Part shown: one piece after another, positions 38,452-49,200 of the stretch
Layout of the letters: each line of letters starts with the position of its first letter
Numbering within the stretch: position 1 is the stretch's first letter
Origin: an uncultured SAR86 cluster bacterium
GTDB lineage: Bacteria > Pseudomonadota > Gammaproteobacteria > Magnimaribacterales > AG-339-G14
Reading direction: 5' to 3'
Assembly (NCBI GenBank): GCA_902560275.1
Contig: CACELJ010000001.1
Span: 74,009-138,008 of the forward strand
Length of the DNA: 64,000 nucleotides
Notes under the pieces: model-generated
Databases searched by the model: none
The model's input: the letters and a program-made list of their open reading frames with translations, nothing else
Told to the model about the DNA's origin: nothing
Program-made: the position numbers and the translations under genes

Positions 38452-39915
38452 ATGTCCGACAAAATTTTTGATATTGGAATTATTGGTTACGGTCCAGTTG
38501 GTGCAACTCTAGCTGGCTTACTATCCTCTCTTGGGCTCAGTGTAGTTGTTATAGAAAAAAATGAAGGAGTTAGTCCTACCGCAAGAGCAATAAACACTGA
38601 TTCTGAGCAACTAAGAACATTTAATTTTCTTAATATTGCATCTAAAGTTATTTCAAATTCAAGAACAGTCTGCAGAGTTCATTTTACAGATTCAGAGTTC
38701 AATCCTTATTCAACGATAAATGTTCCCAAAGAAGATACTTTAGGGTGGCCTCCTACTCTTCTTTTTTATCAACCAGAACTCGAGACCATAATTAGAACAA
38801 ACAATAGAAAATACAAAAAGTTAGAAATTTTAGAAAATACTGAATTGATAAATATTGAGAACACAAACCCCATAAGATTAAATGTTAGAAATAATAGAGA
38901 AAATTCATCAATTTATTGTAAATATCTTGTTGGTTGTGATGGTGCAAATAGTTTTGTCAGAAAACATATCAAAGCAAGGTTAATTGATTTTGGTTTTGAT
39001 CAAGATTGGATTGTTATCGATGCTCATACAACAAAAAAATTAAATATACCCAAGAATGAAGTGCAACAAATATGTGATCCTAATCGATTAAAGACATATG
39101 TTCCTGGCAGAAGAAATCATGAAAGATTTGAATTTAAGCTTCTTAAAGGAGAATCACAAAAAGATTTCACAAAAAAGAAAGTATGGGAACTTTTATCTCC
39201 TTGGATAAATAGAAATAACAGCAAAATAGAAAGAGCAGTGGTTTATAAATTTCATGCCTGTATCGCAGATAAATGGAGTAATAAAAATATATTTATTGCA
39301 GGTGATGCGGCACATCAAATGCCACCATTTCTTGGTGCTGGAATGGGAACAGGTATAAGAGATGTATTTAATTTAGCTTGGAAAATTTATTTAGTAATAA
39401 AAGGTAAGGCTGGTGAAAACCTTCTTGAAACTTATCAACTTGAAAGAGAACCTCATGCTAATTGGACTATTCAACAAGCTAAAATAATTGGTGAAATGAT
39501 GGAGCAATTTTCTTACAAAGAAAAAGGAGAAAAATATATTCCCTCTAACACTGGCTATGGTGAAGTTTTTCCTCATTTAACAAATGGATATTATGGAGAT
39601 CCAACTGATGGACTTATCGCAACTCCATTTTGTAGATTTGATTTAGATGGTTCTAAAAAAGATAGTGATGGATATTTTGGATGGAATTTTGGATTGATTA
39701 CCAAAAAAAAATTAACAAAAGAAATAGATTTAATTTTAAAACAAATGAATATTAAGGTTCTAATAGTCACTCATCCTAAACTTAAAAATTATTTTGAGGG
39801 TGCTAACTACTTATTGATAAGACCTGATAAATACCTATTTTCTAGATCGAAAACCACTTCAGAATTAAAAAAAGCTTTAAGTGAATTAGAAAACCAATTT
39901 TCTCTAATTACATAA
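38452..39915 (+). CDS. FAD-dependent aromatic-ring monooxygenase (MhpA/PheA-like)
   Basis: 487 aa with GxGxxG (IIGYGPVGATLAG), a DG motif (CDGANSFVR) and GD...H (IAGDAAHQMPPFLGAGMGTGIRD). Confidence 0.8.
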   Translation: MSDKIFDIGIIGYGPVGATLAGLLSSLGLSVVVIEKNEGVSPTARAINTDSEQLRTFNFLNIASKVISNSRTVCRVHFTDSEFNPYSTINVPKEDTLGWPPTLLFYQPELETIIRTNNRKYKKLEILENTELINIENTNPIRLNVRNNRENSSIYCKYLVGCDGANSFVRKHIKARLIDFGFDQDWIVIDAHTTKKLNIPKNEVQQICDPNRLKTYVPGRRNHERFEFKLLKGESQKDFTKKKVWELLSPWINRNNSKIERAVVYKFHACIADKWSNKNIFIAGDAAHQMPPFLGAGMGTGIRDVFNLAWKIYLVIKGKAGENLLETYQLEREPHANWTIQQAKIIGEMMEQFSYKEKGEKYIPSNTGYGEVFPHLTNGYYGDPTDGLIATPFCRFDLDGSKKDSDGYFGWNFGLITKKKLTKEIDLILKQMNIKVLIVTHPKLKNYFEGANYLLIRPDKYLFSRSKTTSELKKALSELENQFSLIT

Positions 39916-40930
39916 ATTTTTGTTTTGAAAAATTTTCAAAAATTTTATTGATAGTCCTGGAAATGGAAAAACTTAGGAATCTAGAAAACCTATCTTGCAT
40001 ATTTTTTTTAGGTTTGAAGGAAACTTCAAAAATATCAAATTTTTTATTTTGTTCAATAAGATAAGAATCACTTGTCTGGATTTTATCAACTAATCCAACA
40101 TCAATAGCCTCAATACCCTGCCAGACTTCTCCGGTAGCAACTTTATTAACATCCAAAGATGGACGATATTTAGCGACATGTTTTTTAAATAGTTCATGAA
40201 TATTTGCTAAGTCATCTTTAAATTTTTCTCGACCTTCGTCTGTATTTTCTCCAAACATAGTTATTGTTCTTTTATATTCACCTGCTGTATGCATTTCATA
40301 TTCAATATTATTTTTCTTAAGCAGTTTATTGAAATTTGGAACAGCTCCGATAACTCCAATAGACCCAATAAGCGCGAATGGTGAAGCAATAATTTTATCT
40401 GCGATGCATGCCATCATATAGCCTCCAGATGCCGCAACTTTATCGATACAAACAGTTAGTTTGATTTTTGAATCTTTAAGACGAGATAATTGAGCAGCTG
40501 CAAGACCGTACCCGATAACTGTCCCTCCTCCGCTTTCTAAATTCAACACAACTTCCTGACACTTAGTATCAGCATTAAGGATTGATGATATTTCTTCTCT
40601 TAGCTCCTCAACTTGGGATGCCTCAATGTCACCATTAAAATTTAAAACAAAAATATGCTTTCGGGATACCTTTTCCTTTTTTTTGTTTTTATTCTCTTTT
40701 TTTATGTTTTTCTCTAAAACTTTCCTCTCTTTTGCCGATAAAACTGAAAGTTTTAGATCATCAGCAGTATTAGCATATTTAGTTGAGAGATTTTTAATAC
40801 GCAAACCTCCAGAAGAAGAACCAGAACTGGATTTTATAGAGCTAATGATTATTAGAATCGGGATAACGATAGCTGCGGCTACTGTTAGTGCTTTTAATAA
40901 GAAGATTAAATACTCAAATAAGATTTCCAT
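39908..40930 (-). CDS. sohB: Inner-membrane peptidase SohB (S49 family)
   Basis: 340 aa with an N-terminal TM helix and an S49 ClpP-like fold carrying AASGGYMMA (nucleophile Ser). Size and layout match SohB. Confidence 0.8.
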   Translation of the reverse strand: MEILFEYLIFLLKALTVAAAIVIPILIIISSIKSSSGSSSGGLRIKNLSTKYANTADDLKLSVLSAKERKVLEKNIKKENKNKKKEKVSRKHIFVLNFNGDIEASQVEELREEISSILNADTKCQEVVLNLESGGGTVIGYGLAAAQLSRLKDSKIKLTVCIDKVAASGGYMMACIADKIIASPFALIGSIGVIGAVPNFNKLLKKNNIEYEMHTAGEYKRTITMFGENTDEGREKFKDDLANIHELFKKHVAKYRPSLDVNKVATGEVWQGIEAIDVGLVDKIQTSDSYLIEQNKKFDIFEVSFKPKKNMQDRFSRFLSFSISRTINKIFENFSKQKFM

Positions 40931-40933
40931 AAT

Positions 40934-42175
40934 TTAAATAAAAAGACTGACTATTGTTCCGGTTAGGCAGGAGGCAAGTGTAGCAGCAAAAAGTGCTCTA
41001 AAAGCAATTTTTAATAACGTGCCTCTAATATCTGGACATATTGCCGAGAGACCTCCCAGAAGGATGCCAACACTAGATATATTTGCAAAACCACAGATTC
41101 CATAAAGCATTATTAACTGACTTCTTTCGCTTAAGATATTGGTATCTAAATCTCTTAAATCATTAAAGGCAATTAGTTCATTGAAAATTGTTTTTGTCCC
41201 TAAAAGGTTTCCAGCAGGAATAATTTCAGAAAAAGGTATCCCCATTAACCAAGCAATTGGAGCAAAAATAAAAGCTGCAATTCTCTGAAGAGATATAGGC
41301 TCACCATAAACATTTGGAATGATACCTAACATGAAATCGGCTAAAGCTACCAAGCTTAAAAAAACTATAAGCGAAGCTATTACAGACAAGAACATGTTCA
41401 ATCCGTCTTTTGTACCAACGCTGATAGCATCCATTGAACTCTCATACATCTTTAAATCTTCTTTAGCAGTATTTAATTCGGTTTGAGCAGAGGGTATCAA
41501 TATATTTGAAAACATTATTGCTGCGGGAACGGATAAAATAGATGCTGTTAAGAAATGACCTATGACACCTGAAAATTTATCATCTAGCCAAGTGATGTAT
41601 AAAACCATAACGCTACCAGCAATGGTCGACATTCCGACAGTCATAATAATAAGCAAATCTCTCTGGTTCATTTTGTTTAAATAAGGCTTAATTAATAAAG
41701 GAGCTTCTAATTGTCCTAAAAATATATTAGCTGTTGCAGCTAACCCAATAGGTCCTTTTGCATCTAAGGGCTTTTCAAATAATTTCGCTAAAAGCTTTAT
41801 AAGAAAAGGCAATATTTTCCAGTGCCACAACAAAGCAGATAGAGCAGATAAAAAAATTAACATTGGCAGGAAAGTAAATGCAAATATCGGTAAATTCTGA
41901 TTATTCGAAACTTCGAAGGGTGCTTCCCCACCACCAAGATAGCCAAAAACAAATGAGCTTCCTTCAATTGCTGATAATCTTAATGACTCAACAGCAATGC
42001 TCATTACGTCAAAAAAGGACGATATAAACGGTATCTCTAAAAGGATAAAAGCTAAAGATATTTGTATCAATAAAGCATAACTTATGAATTTAACTTTTAT
42101 TTCCTGAATCGATTCACTGAAAGGAAGAGCAATCAAAATTAATACAACAATTCCTATAAGTGATTGGATAATCAT
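40934..42175 (-). CDS. Concentrative nucleoside transporter (NupC/CNT family)
   Basis: 413 aa and polytopic. CNT-like segments include GSSFVFG, NEF(I)A and CGFANISSVGILLGG. Confidence 0.8.
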   Translation of the reverse strand: MIIQSLIGIVVLILIALPFSESIQEIKVKFISYALLIQISLAFILLEIPFISSFFDVMSIAVESLRLSAIEGSSFVFGYLGGGEAPFEVSNNQNLPIFAFTFLPMLIFLSALSALLWHWKILPFLIKLLAKLFEKPLDAKGPIGLAATANIFLGQLEAPLLIKPYLNKMNQRDLLIIMTVGMSTIAGSVMVLYITWLDDKFSGVIGHFLTASILSVPAAIMFSNILIPSAQTELNTAKEDLKMYESSMDAISVGTKDGLNMFLSVIASLIVFLSLVALADFMLGIIPNVYGEPISLQRIAAFIFAPIAWLMGIPFSEIIPAGNLLGTKTIFNELIAFNDLRDLDTNILSERSQLIMLYGICGFANISSVGILLGGLSAICPDIRGTLLKIAFRALFAATLASCLTGTIVSLFI

Positions 42176-42177
42176 TA

Positions 42178-43089
42178 CTATTTTAATTTAATTTCAGCTA
42201 GCCTTTGATTTAAATAATCGTCTGCTGTTATTGGATCAGGATAGTGATTATGATTACCTAGTAAGGATTCAAGAGGCTTAATTAAAAAATCAGATCTAGG
42301 ATGAAGAAAAAATGGAATAGATATTCTTTGAGTATTCATCTTTTCTCCATTTGTCACTCTATGAGTTGCTGAGACAAGATATTTATTTGTATATCTTTGC
42401 AACATATCGCCTACATTAACTACTATTTCATCCCTGGAAAAATCTGCTTTGAGCCACTCATCTCCATAAAGAACTTCAAGTCCAGGTTGATGTCCACCAA
42501 TTAGAAGAGTAATGAAGTTTATGTCTTCATGAGGAGATGCTCTTAAAGAATCTGTATTGGAATTTTCAATTTTAGGGTAATTGATTATTCTCATAATGCT
42601 GTTACCTTTATCAATAATCTCATCAAAGAAGTTACTTTCTAGACCCAAGCCTATACCTATAAGCTCCATAATATCTCGACCTAGGAGATCAAACTGATTA
42701 TATAAATCCAGAGAAAGTTTTTTATGATTTTTTAATTCATCGATCCATATATTTTTTGGATTAGTTAAACTATCTCTCCCAACATGCCAAAATTCCTTCA
42801 AATCTGGTCGATCGTAATTTTTGGCAGTTTCTGTTTTGAACTTAGTAAAACCTCTAGCTCCTCCAATATCTGGAACTATAAATGATTCTTTTACGTTGTC
42901 AGAAAAATTAAAAAACTCCTGATAAATGTCTAAACAATTCGAAATTAAATCTTTATCAATGGTGTGATTGAAGAAGACACAAAAACCATAATCATGAAAT
43001 GCATTTATGGTATCTTTTGCGAGAGATGTTTTATCTTTATCAAATAAGTCAAAATCTAGACGAGGAATACTTTCTTTAGCTGAAATCAT
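42178..43089 (-). CDS. 2-oxoglutarate/Fe(II)-dependent oxygenase (isopenicillin-N-synthase-like)
   Basis: 303 aa. The HxD...H facial triad is HEDINFITLL ... SATHRV, and RxS is RISIPFF. An N-terminal DIOX_N-like region is present. Confidence 0.75.
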   Translation of the reverse strand: MISAKESIPRLDFDLFDKDKTSLAKDTINAFHDYGFCVFFNHTIDKDLISNCLDIYQEFFNFSDNVKESFIVPDIGGARGFTKFKTETAKNYDRPDLKEFWHVGRDSLTNPKNIWIDELKNHKKLSLDLYNQFDLLGRDIMELIGIGLGLESNFFDEIIDKGNSIMRIINYPKIENSNTDSLRASPHEDINFITLLIGGHQPGLEVLYGDEWLKADFSRDEIVVNVGDMLQRYTNKYLVSATHRVTNGEKMNTQRISIPFFLHPRSDFLIKPLESLLGNHNHYPDPITADDYLNQRLAEIKLK

Positions 43090-43090
43090 A

Positions 43091-44083
43091 ATGTCCGGAG
43101 ATTATAGCAACAAAAATGTTTCAATCTTGAATGTTGGTAATGTTTTAGTAGATATTGAAATAACTATATCTGACGATGAATTATCAAAATTACCTATAAA
43201 AAAAAGTGGAGCAATAGAAATTGATGCAATTCAATTGAGTGAATACTTAGATGTTTATCGAGATCAAATAACAAATAGATATCTTGGCGGATCAATATTT
43301 ACAACTGCGGCTACATCATCTGTTTTTAAGGTTGATAACACTTTTCTTGGTTCTGTTGGAAAAGATCGTGATTCAAAATTCTTAATAGACACCATGAATT
43401 CATATCCTATTAAAACTTATCTTAATGTAGATCTTCAGCAAACTGGATGCTGTTTAATTTTTTTAACTCCTGATAAAGAGAGAACAATGGCAGCATGTCC
43501 TGGTGCAAGCAGTCAATTAACACTTGCTAATTTTAATGATTTGGAAACTATAGATTATATATTTACTGACTTATATTCGCTTAATTCTGATATGAATAAA
43601 AAAACAATTAGTTACTTGTTATCATCTAATAAAAATTTAATTCTCAGTCTTTCGGATATTAGCGTTATGAGAAAACATATGGATTTTATAAAAAAATACT
43701 CTGATCAAACCTTCTTAATAGCTGGCAATGAAAAAGAGATGAAATATCTTCAGCAGTCTATGAATTCATCCTTCTTAGAGAGTTCCAATAAAACAAATAA
43801 AGTGTATTTAATAACAAAGGGGAATCTGGGTTCTGAAGTTATTCACAATGGTAAGTCATTTATCTCTAATTCCATTGAAACTGAAATTGCATCTTTAAAT
43901 GGCGCAGGCGATACATTTCTTGGTGCTTTTTTAGGAAATTATTTTCAAAGTAAAGACATTCAGCAATCTGCAGATATAGCTAATTATTTCTCACATTGCT
44001 CAATTCAGAGATTTGAAGCCTGTTTAGATTTTCCAAACCTACTAAAAGCGAAAAACGCCGCAAAAGCGGCGTTTTCGTCTTAG
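43091..44083 (+). CDS. PfkB-family carbohydrate/nucleoside kinase
   Basis: I prefer the start MSGDYSNKNVSILNVGNVLVDIE, an adenosine-kinase-like N-terminus. The C-terminal NGAGDTFLGAFLG is PfkB signature 2. The track ORF start (43007) lies inside the divergent oxygenase gene. Confidence 0.7.
   Translation: MSGDYSNKNVSILNVGNVLVDIEITISDDELSKLPIKKSGAIEIDAIQLSEYLDVYRDQITNRYLGGSIFTTAATSSVFKVDNTFLGSVGKDRDSKFLIDTMNSYPIKTYLNVDLQQTGCCLIFLTPDKERTMAACPGASSQLTLANFNDLETIDYIFTDLYSLNSDMNKKTISYLLSSNKNLILSLSDISVMRKHMDFIKKYSDQTFLIAGNEKEMKYLQQSMNSSFLESSNKTNKVYLITKGNLGSEVIHNGKSFISNSIETEIASLNGAGDTFLGAFLGNYFQSKDIQQSADIANYFSHCSIQRFEACLDFPNLLKAKNAAKAAFSS
44054..44073. terminator. Bidirectional intrinsic terminator shared by the convergent kinase and TonB-receptor genes
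   Basis: AACGCCGC-AAAA-GCGGCGTT forms an 8-bp GC-rich stem flanked by A and T runs. It lies inside the last 30 nt of the kinase CDS (which encodes AKNAAKAAF) and 19 nt downstream of the receptor stop. Confidence 0.6.
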
Positions 44084-44091
44084 ATTAAATA

Positions 44092-47000
44092 TTAGAATCT
44101 GTAATAGAATCCAAATTTAACTTCATAAGTACTAGCGTAAGGGCTAATGCTTGAACCTCTTGGAGAATAAAGTCTGTCGTAGACATATCTTCCTTCATCA
44201 TCAATCTCACTTAATCTAGCTACTTTTTGCATACTAGGAAATCCAGGTTCTCTAAAAATTCCATATTTAGAATTAACTAAATTACCTAGGTTTTTGATAA
44301 CCATGTAAATTTCTGCTTCATGATCTGGAGCAAATCCAGGAAATTCTTGAGCAAGTTTAAGGTTGATAGAAGTATTCCAAGCACCATCGATTGAATTTCT
44401 AGGACAATATTGGCCCCTAGGACAGCCAGCAGCATCAGTTATAGCAAAGAAAGCTGCAGGACTTATACCATCAAAGACTACGTTAGGATCAGCTGCATTA
44501 GTTGGTACATAAAGTAATGACTGATCCGTAAAAGCAGGTGTTTGTCCATGTTCCTCACCATCGTAAGTGTATGAGTAAGATCTACTTTGGAATCTATTAA
44601 TAAATAACGAAGCTTTAAAACGATAACCGCCTTCTATAGTGACGGGTTGATATCTCAACGTTGCAGTAATCCTCTCAGGGATAACATGATTGGATTGTGC
44701 AACAGTAGGATTGTTTCTATCTATTGTGGCAACTCCTGTAAAGTTAGAGTAAGCAACATTTGAAGTCATCGGAGTCACATCTTGAAGAGATGTATTAGCA
44801 TAACCTATAGAAAATCTCACGTCACTTTCTCGCCATAACTTACTCAATGATAATGAATATGTTAGACCAACTGGACTTTGACTAGAATTGGTAAGTTGAA
44901 AGTCAAATGGACCAAAACAAGTAAATGAATCTCTAGCATTTCCACCTGAGCAATTATAGTAAGGTCTTCCAGTGAAATCTGTTTCTCCTGTCTTAGAAAC
45001 ATTAATATCATTGATGATAGCTGGATTTTCAACTTCAGTTGCAATTACATCCATATTGAATAAAAGATCTTCAACTCCAAAACTAGAATTTAGACCTAAT
45101 GCAAATTTGTGGACAATTGGGACTTCGAAATTAGCATCTGTGGTATTTGTATCTGTATCTGCAGATCCACTTTGTACTTTGGCAACTAGAGAACACGGAA
45201 CGGCATATCCTGGTCCTGCATCGGTAGGTGCTCCAGTATCACTGTTACACATAGGCTCAGTAAAGATTTCCATATTTCTTTGATTAACTTGAATTGCAGT
45301 CACGCCATCATTAGAAAACATATTTGAGTACCATACGTTAGGATTACCTCCGGAAAAGCCTCCATACCCACCGTAAACATTTGTGAATTCAGTTACTTGA
45401 GTATTGAAACCAATTCGGAGCATTAAAGCATCAGCACCATCATGAGTGATTGTATTTGAGTAGCCATAAGCAGCTTTAAAAGTTGGATTCTCTGCAGGCT
45501 TACCATCAACCATATAAGTATCATATCTAAGGCCTATTACGATTTCGGTGTTACCAGTTTGTATTTCATCCTGAAAAAATATTGTTGCAAGACCATAACC
45601 CCAATCCGCAGCAGCTGCGTTTTCATTCAGGGAAGGAGTGTTACCAAAGTAGACTCTGGCGAGACCTGCATCAAAATCATCAATACCGCCATAGAAATCC
45701 CATTCACCATTGAGGGAATGCTGCATAAATAAATTGAAAATATTTGTATCTTCAAATTCAATTCCATAAGTTAAGAGATGATTATCAACTAAATGATCGA
45801 GAGAAAATTGAAGAATGGTCGTTGAGTAGTCCATCTTATTAGCCTGTCTGGAATCATCTGTTCCACCAAGGTAAACAGTACCTTCAGAATTATTTGCTGG
45901 ATTTACTACATCAATTTGAAAATCTCCAAAAGGTCCACCTAGTCCTATTTGTCTGTTATCAACGTCTCTGTACCCTACTCTTAACTCGCTGCTGAGGTTG
46001 TTCGAAATTTGAGAGTAAAGCTCTAAGTTAAGCGCAAGCATTTCATGACCTCTTTCATAAAAGTGCTTGCTGAATTCAAATTCACTTGGTGATGAATCTG
46101 ATGCTTGGTTATTAAATCCGTCGTTGTAATTAAATGTGATTGATAAGGAATTATTTTCGTCAGCTTCTACATCAAATTTTGCAAGAAATTTATTATCATA
46201 ACTGTCTAAGGCTCCACCAATTGATCCAGGATCAAAACCATATTTATTTTTTGCTATATCAACAATTCTGTCGAAATCTGCAGCACTTAAAAAATCTAGC
46301 TCAGAAGGAGCGCCAGAACCTTGAGGTCCAAAAGGATCAACATCAACATCATCATATCTCTCGACAGAAATAAAGAAGAAGGCTTTGTCTTGAACAATTG
46401 GACCACCAAGAGTAAATCCGTATTTATTCTCTTCAAAGGGCACCATGTTTCCTTTTACACCATCAATTTCAGTTCCAACTAAATCATCACCCGCATACTC
46501 ATAGTAAGCGCTTCCGCTAATCTCATTAGTTCCAGATTTGGTAACTGCATTTATTACACAAGCTGAAAAACCACCATACTTAACGTCAAATGGAGCGAAT
46601 TCAGCAGATACTTGTTTTATTGAATCAAAAGAAAAAGGCAATCGATTGGTTGGGTAACCATTACTGTTCAGCCCAAAACCATCATTCATTGGTATGCCAT
46701 CTATTGAAAAAGTATTGTATCTAGGATTTTGTCCGTTACATTGCAAACCTCTGTATGCCGAAGAAGAAGTAATATCTACGTAGAGTCTTGGATCTTCTGC
46801 AAGAACTTCTTTGATATCTTTGTCATATGCTACTGCAGCATCAAGATCCTCAGCGTTAAATACTTTATTTGGACCTAAAGCCACTTGCGCCTGAGCTAAC
46901 TGTTCTCCTGTTACTACAAGAGACTCGAAGTCAGACAATACAACGTTTAAAGATAAAGTTTGACCCAGATTTAAGAAAACATCTTGATAAATCTGTGAGC

Positions 47001-47256
47001 CTACACTTGAAGTTACAGTTACAGTATAAGGACCTCCAACTGCAAGGTTTGTTAAAACGAACGCACCAGATTCATTACTAGAAGTCGTACTGGATTTATT
47101 TGTTGAATTATTAACAATAGTTATTTCAGCGTCTTCTAAGGCATTACCTGAAAGGTCAGTCACTATACCTTTGAAATTGGATGTAGTTTCTACAGAAAAA
47201 AGAAAACTGCTTAAAAAAGCTATCAGAAATAATTTAATTAAATTTTTGGGGATCAT
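44092..47256 (-). CDS. TonB-dependent outer-membrane receptor with an N-terminal carboxypeptidase-regulatory-like domain
   Basis: 1054 aa with a signal peptide. The region GIVTDLSGNALEDAEITIVN...YTVTV is CarbopepD_reg-like. A plug region is present (NGYP.., DSIKQV). The barrel is long and Gly/Tyr/Asn-rich and ends in the aromatic FYYRF. Confidence 0.85.
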   Translation of the reverse strand: MIPKNLIKLFLIAFLSSFLFSVETTSNFKGIVTDLSGNALEDAEITIVNNSTNKSSTTSSNESGAFVLTNLAVGGPYTVTVTSSVGSQIYQDVFLNLGQTLSLNVVLSDFESLVVTGEQLAQAQVALGPNKVFNAEDLDAAVAYDKDIKEVLAEDPRLYVDITSSSAYRGLQCNGQNPRYNTFSIDGIPMNDGFGLNSNGYPTNRLPFSFDSIKQVSAEFAPFDVKYGGFSACVINAVTKSGTNEISGSAYYEYAGDDLVGTEIDGVKGNMVPFEENKYGFTLGGPIVQDKAFFFISVERYDDVDVDPFGPQGSGAPSELDFLSAADFDRIVDIAKNKYGFDPGSIGGALDSYDNKFLAKFDVEADENNSLSITFNYNDGFNNQASDSSPSEFEFSKHFYERGHEMLALNLELYSQISNNLSSELRVGYRDVDNRQIGLGGPFGDFQIDVVNPANNSEGTVYLGGTDDSRQANKMDYSTTILQFSLDHLVDNHLLTYGIEFEDTNIFNLFMQHSLNGEWDFYGGIDDFDAGLARVYFGNTPSLNENAAAADWGYGLATIFFQDEIQTGNTEIVIGLRYDTYMVDGKPAENPTFKAAYGYSNTITHDGADALMLRIGFNTQVTEFTNVYGGYGGFSGGNPNVWYSNMFSNDGVTAIQVNQRNMEIFTEPMCNSDTGAPTDAGPGYAVPCSLVAKVQSGSADTDTNTTDANFEVPIVHKFALGLNSSFGVEDLLFNMDVIATEVENPAIINDINVSKTGETDFTGRPYYNCSGGNARDSFTCFGPFDFQLTNSSQSPVGLTYSLSLSKLWRESDVRFSIGYANTSLQDVTPMTSNVAYSNFTGVATIDRNNPTVAQSNHVIPERITATLRYQPVTIEGGYRFKASLFINRFQSRSYSYTYDGEEHGQTPAFTDQSLLYVPTNAADPNVVFDGISPAAFFAITDAAGCPRGQYCPRNSIDGAWNTSINLKLAQEFPGFAPDHEAEIYMVIKNLGNLVNSKYGIFREPGFPSMQKVARLSEIDDEGRYVYDRLYSPRGSSISPYASTYEVKFGFYYRF

Positions 47257-47353
47257 GTTTATTCGCTCCTTTAAATAATGATAAATTTTAATTAAAAATT
47301 TATACAGCTATGTTACAACTAAGAAAATTTATTAGGTTAATTTTTTTATTATA

Positions 47354-49200
<1,847 letters not shown>

